Shown in pieces: positions 59,906 to 64,000 of a DNA stretch of 64,000 nt (position 1 is its first letter; each line of letters starts with the position of its first letter). The notes beneath the pieces are model-generated. The model did not search any database and was not told the origin of the DNA. It worked only from the letters and a program-made list of their open reading frames with translations. Where the stretch lies: the NCBI GenBank assembly GCA_963746455.1, contig CAVVBA010000004.1:60631-124630 (forward strand), read 5' to 3'. This DNA is from Vulcanimicrobiota bacterium (GTDB taxonomy: Bacteria > Vulcanimicrobiota > Vulcanimicrobiia > Vulcanimicrobiales > Vulcanimicrobiaceae). The position numbers and the translations under genes are program-made.

Positions 59906-60210
59906 ATGAAAGTCCCGGCACACGTCCGTCCCGCAGTCCCGGAACGCACATCCTCAAAGTCTCCGCGCAAAGCAACCCCAACTCGGTCGCAGGCGCGCTC
60001 GCCGGCGTGCTGCGCGAACGTGAGTCCGCCGAACTTCAATCCATAGGCGCCGGCGCAACGAATCAAGCCGTGAAGGCGATCGCAATCGCTCGCTCGTACC
60101 TCGAAGCGAGCGCTTACGATATCGTGTGCGTACCGGAATTTATCGACGTGGAAATCGACGGAAAAGAACGAACCGCCATTCGTCTCGCAGTCGAGCGACG
60201 ATCTAAATAG
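59902..60210 (+). CDS. spoVS: SpoVS-family protein
   Basis: In-frame ATG in ORF 59824-60210. ILKVSAQSNPNSVAGALAGVLRE..IGAGATNQAVKAIAIAR is the conserved SpoVS core, preceded by a short N-terminal extension. Confidence 0.85.
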   Translation: MNESPGTRPSRSPGTHILKVSAQSNPNSVAGALAGVLRERESAELQSIGAGATNQAVKAIAIARSYLEASAYDIVCVPEFIDVEIDGKERTAIRLAVERRSK

Positions 60211-60213
60211 ATC

Positions 60214-61021
60214 TTGCTCGTCGATTTTCATTCGCATACGCGCAATAGCGATGGGAGTTTAACAACGGCGGAGCTGGTCGAATCGATGGACCGGCGCGGC
60301 GTGCGCATCTTTTCGATCACCGATCACGACACGACGCGCGCATACCTCGAGTTGCCGGAATCCCGCGCCAAGATCGTGCCGGGGATCGAGATCAACACGA
60401 CCCGCGAGGGCGTCGACATTCACATCCTCGGCTACGGCTTCGATCCGTCCGCCGCAGCGCCGATTCACGCCACGCTGGAGGCAAACCGGCAGGCCCGCGC
60501 CCTCCGCATCAAATCGATGATCGAGAAGCTCGTCAAAGCGGGCTATCCGCTGACGGAAGAGATGGTCGCCGCCGAGGCCGACGGCAGTGAGTCGCTCGGC
60601 CGGCCGCACGTCGCGAAGGCCTTGGTGCGGGCCGGGATGGTCAAAGACGTACAGACAGTCTTCAACGACTTGGTCGGTCGCAGCGGCCCCGGATTCGTGC
60701 CTTCGGCGCACATCACGGCGCCCGAGGCGATCGACGCTATCGCGAAATCCGGAGGGGTTCCGGTCCTGGCCCACCCCGGGCGGCTCTCCGACTACTCGAT
60801 CATCGACGAGATGGCCGAGCACGGCGTGGCCGGCCTCGAGGTCTTCTATCCGACCCACACGCCGACGATGATTGCCCATTTTCGGGCCCAAGCCGAGCGG
60901 CTCGGGCTGGTCATGACGGCGCGGCTCGGACTTCCATGACGCGCGCTGGAATTCAAGCCAGGTCGGGATGGACGTCGAAGAAGCCGATATCGCCCCGTTC
61001 CTAAACCTTATTGGCCAGTAG
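60214..61021 (+). CDS. PHP-domain metal-dependent phosphoesterase (TrpH/YciV-like)
   Basis: ORF 60214-60939 (VDFHSHTRNSDGS, ITDHDT, LAHPGR). After a frame change near 60915 the tail is GGSDFH..LNLIGQ, ending at TAG 61019-61021. Confidence 0.8.
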
Positions 61022-61043
61022 TTTTTCGGCCGATAAATGTAAT

Positions 61044-61177
61044 GTTGTTCCGGGCCCTTTTAAGGCGGTACGCGCCCAGGCTTCGCGCCCCCCACGCCTG
61101 ACGGCGCGGGGCCCCCAGAAGCCGGGCCCGGCAACATGGCGAAGAGTCCGCGATGCCCCGAGGGGGCCCGGAACAAC
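61044..61177 (+). promoter_or_regulatory. Structured GC-rich 5' leader of ahcY-metK (candidate cis-regulatory RNA; class unconfirmed)
   Basis: Perfect 14-nt inverted repeat GTTGTTCCGGGCCC (61044-61057) / GGGCCCGGAACAAC (61164-61177). It encloses the hairpin at 61090-61111 and the palindrome GCCGGGCCCGGC (61121-61132). The SD AGGAG lies at 61196-61200. Confidence 0.35.
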
Positions 61178-61203
61178 CCTTACCTCAATAGCATCAGGAG
61201 TAA

Positions 61204-62479
<1,276 letters not shown>

Positions 62480-63709
62480 ATGGCGCATCGCAGATTGTTC
62501 ACAAGCGAATCCGTAACCGAGGGTCATCCCGACAAGATCGCGGATCAGATTTCGGACGCCGTCCTGGATGCCATCATGGAGAAGGATCCGAACGGCCGCG
62601 TTGCGGTCGAGACGTTCGCGATCACCGGGCAGATCCACATCGCCGGTGAGGTGACGACCTCCAGCTACATCGATATTCCGCGCATCGTGCGCAAGACGAT
62701 CGCCGACATCGGCTACACGAAGTCGCACGTCGGCTTCGATGCGGAAACCTGCGGCGTCAGCGTCTCGATCGACGAGCAATCGCCCGACATCGCCATGGGC
62801 GTCGACCACGCACTCGAGACGAAAGAAGCGGGTTCGCACGAAGCCTTCGATCTCATCGGCGCCGGCGATCAGGGTATGATGTTCGGCTACGCCTGCCGGG
62901 AGACGAGCGAGCTGATGCCGCTTCCGATCACGCTGGCCCACAACCTGACGCGCATGCTGGCATCGGTTCGGAAGAACGAGAATATTCCGTATCTTCGGCC
63001 TGACGGCAAATCGCAAGTCACCGTCGAGTACGACGGGCAGCGTCCCGTTCGCGTTGATGCGGTCGTCATCTCGACGCAACACGAGCCCGATGTTCCGCTC
63101 GACACGATTCGTCAGGAAGTTACCGAGCGCGTCATCGATCACGTGATTCCGAAATCATTGCGCGACAAAGATTTGCGCGTTTGGGTCAATCCGACCGGAC
63201 GATTCGTAATCGGCGGACCCAAGGGTGACGCCGGTTTGACCGGTCGCAAGATCATCGCCGACACCTACGGCGGGATGTCGCGTCACGGCGGCGGTGCGTT
63301 CAGCGGAAAGGATCCGACGAAAGTCGATCGCTCGGCCGCATACATGGCGCGCTACGTTGCGAAGAACGTCGTCGCGGCCGGCCTGGCAGATCGCTGCGAG
63401 CTGCAAATCGCGTATGCGATCGGCGTTGCGCATCCGGTCAGCGTGCTCGTCGAGACGTTCGGCACGAGTAAGATCGAGGAAGAGCAGATTGCTGCGCTGG
63501 TTGCCAAGCATTTCGATCTGCGTCCGGCCGCGATCATCCGCCACCTGAACTTGCGCCGCCCAATTTATCAACAGGTTGCCGCGTACGGGCACTTCGGCCG
63601 TCCCGATCTCGATCTGCCGTGGGAGAAGATCGACAAGGCTGCCGCGCTGCGCGAAGCCGCAGGTCTCAAGGGCGCACCGCCCGATCCGGAACTAACGCTC
63701 GTAGGCTAG
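62480..63709 (+). CDS. metK: S-adenosylmethionine synthetase
   Basis: Intact 409-aa ORF. Reads [52 protein letters not shown]. Confidence 0.95.
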   Translation: MAHRRLFTSESVTEGHPDKIADQISDAVLDAIMEKDPNGRVAVETFAITGQIHIAGEVTTSSYIDIPRIVRKTIADIGYTKSHVGFDAETCGVSVSIDEQSPDIAMGVDHALETKEAGSHEAFDLIGAGDQGMMFGYACRETSELMPLPITLAHNLTRMLASVRKNENIPYLRPDGKSQVTVEYDGQRPVRVDAVVISTQHEPDVPLDTIRQEVTERVIDHVIPKSLRDKDLRVWVNPTGRFVIGGPKGDAGLTGRKIIADTYGGMSRHGGGAFSGKDPTKVDRSAAYMARYVAKNVVAAGLADRCELQIAYAIGVAHPVSVLVETFGTSKIEEEQIAALVAKHFDLRPAAIIRHLNLRRPIYQQVAAYGHFGRPDLDLPWEKIDKAAALREAAGLKGAPPDPELTLVG

Positions 63710-63724
63710 GGTTTTGCTGGCCGG

Positions 63725-64000
63725 ATGGCCCAGCAAGACCTCGGCTCGAATGTCGTAGAGTACGGCCGCGCACGCGTGATCGTCGTCATCGGGGTCATGC
63801 TCGCAACGTTGCTGCAAACGCTCGACACGACGATCGTCAACGTCGCATTACCGACGATTCAGGGAAATCTCGGCGCAACGATCGACGAGGGCGCGTGGAT
63901 CGTCACCGGCTACATCATTTCGGCCGTCGTCATCATCCCGCTGACGCCCTGGCTCCAGCTGCGCTTCGGACGCCGGCAATACTACGCGACGGCGATCTTC
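63725..64000 (+). CDS. MFS transporter, DHA2 (EmrB/QacA)-like, 5' partial (runs off the window)
   Basis: ATG at 63725. LATLLQTLDTTIVNVALPTIQGNLGA..WIVTGY is the typical DHA2 TM1-TM2 signature. Confidence 0.75.
   Translation, partial: MAQQDLGSNVVEYGRARVIVVIGVMLATLLQTLDTTIVNVALPTIQGNLGATIDEGAWIVTGYIISAVVIIPLTPWLQLRFGRRQYYATAIF

Noticed and set aside
59101-60210. YmdB-SpoVS pair as evidence for sporulation
   Set aside because: To my knowledge both families are widespread in non-sporulating bacteria. No other sporulation genes are in the window.
61044-61177. Calling the ahcY leader a bona fide SAH riboswitch
   Set aside because: The context and the stem/pseudoknot topology are suggestive, but I could not align the conserved core nucleotides by eye. 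It is reported only as an unclassified structured leader pending a covariance-model search.

Overview
GC-rich bacterial chromosomal segment with about 60 protein genes and one tRNA-Leu. I saw no rRNA, CRISPR array, transposase, integrase or phage genes. Content by block: (1) 0-6 kb: amidase, Dtd, an EF-G paralogue, SorAB-like sulfite dehydrogenase. (2) 6-15.9 kb: a complete purine/urate catabolic cluster (single-chain xanthine dehydrogenase, 8-oxoguanine-deaminase-like hydrolase, UraD, PuuD, UraH, AllC, PuuE). (3) 15.9-25.8 kb: Ppx, tRNA-Leu, CPBP protease, sulfonate/nitrate-type ABC transporter, EtfBA, TPR protein, HDAC-family deacetylase, MauE/TlpA pair. (4) 26.2-49.1 kb: a ~23-kb signal-transduction island. 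It holds a Frz-like chemosensory operon (CheW, CheR-TPR, CheW, CHASE3 MCP, CheA-REC, REC-less CheB), a REC-PAS-PAS-HK-REC-REC hybrid kinase, an amine oxidase, a LuxR regulator, Hpt plus REC-HD-GYP, a CheR-like methyltransferase coupled to a ~1930-aa soluble poly-HAMP/GAF hybrid kinase with three receiver domains, and a PP2C-RsbW fusion with a STAS partner. (5) 49.5-64 kb: Spy-like protein, ProC, a hydantoinase-like/HExxH/permease trio, malic enzyme, an ECF sigma/anti-sigma/RseB-like operon, YmdB-SpoVS, a PHP phosphoesterase, ahcY-metK behind a structured GC-rich leader, and the start of an MFS transporter. Major caveat: most genes longer than ~0.6 kb must be stitched from ORF fragments in different frames. 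Family similarity continues seamlessly across the junctions, so I treat these as probable assembly indels. I report merged gene spans, so boundaries near junctions are approximate. The most interesting element is the giant poly-HAMP kinase and the signalling genes around it.
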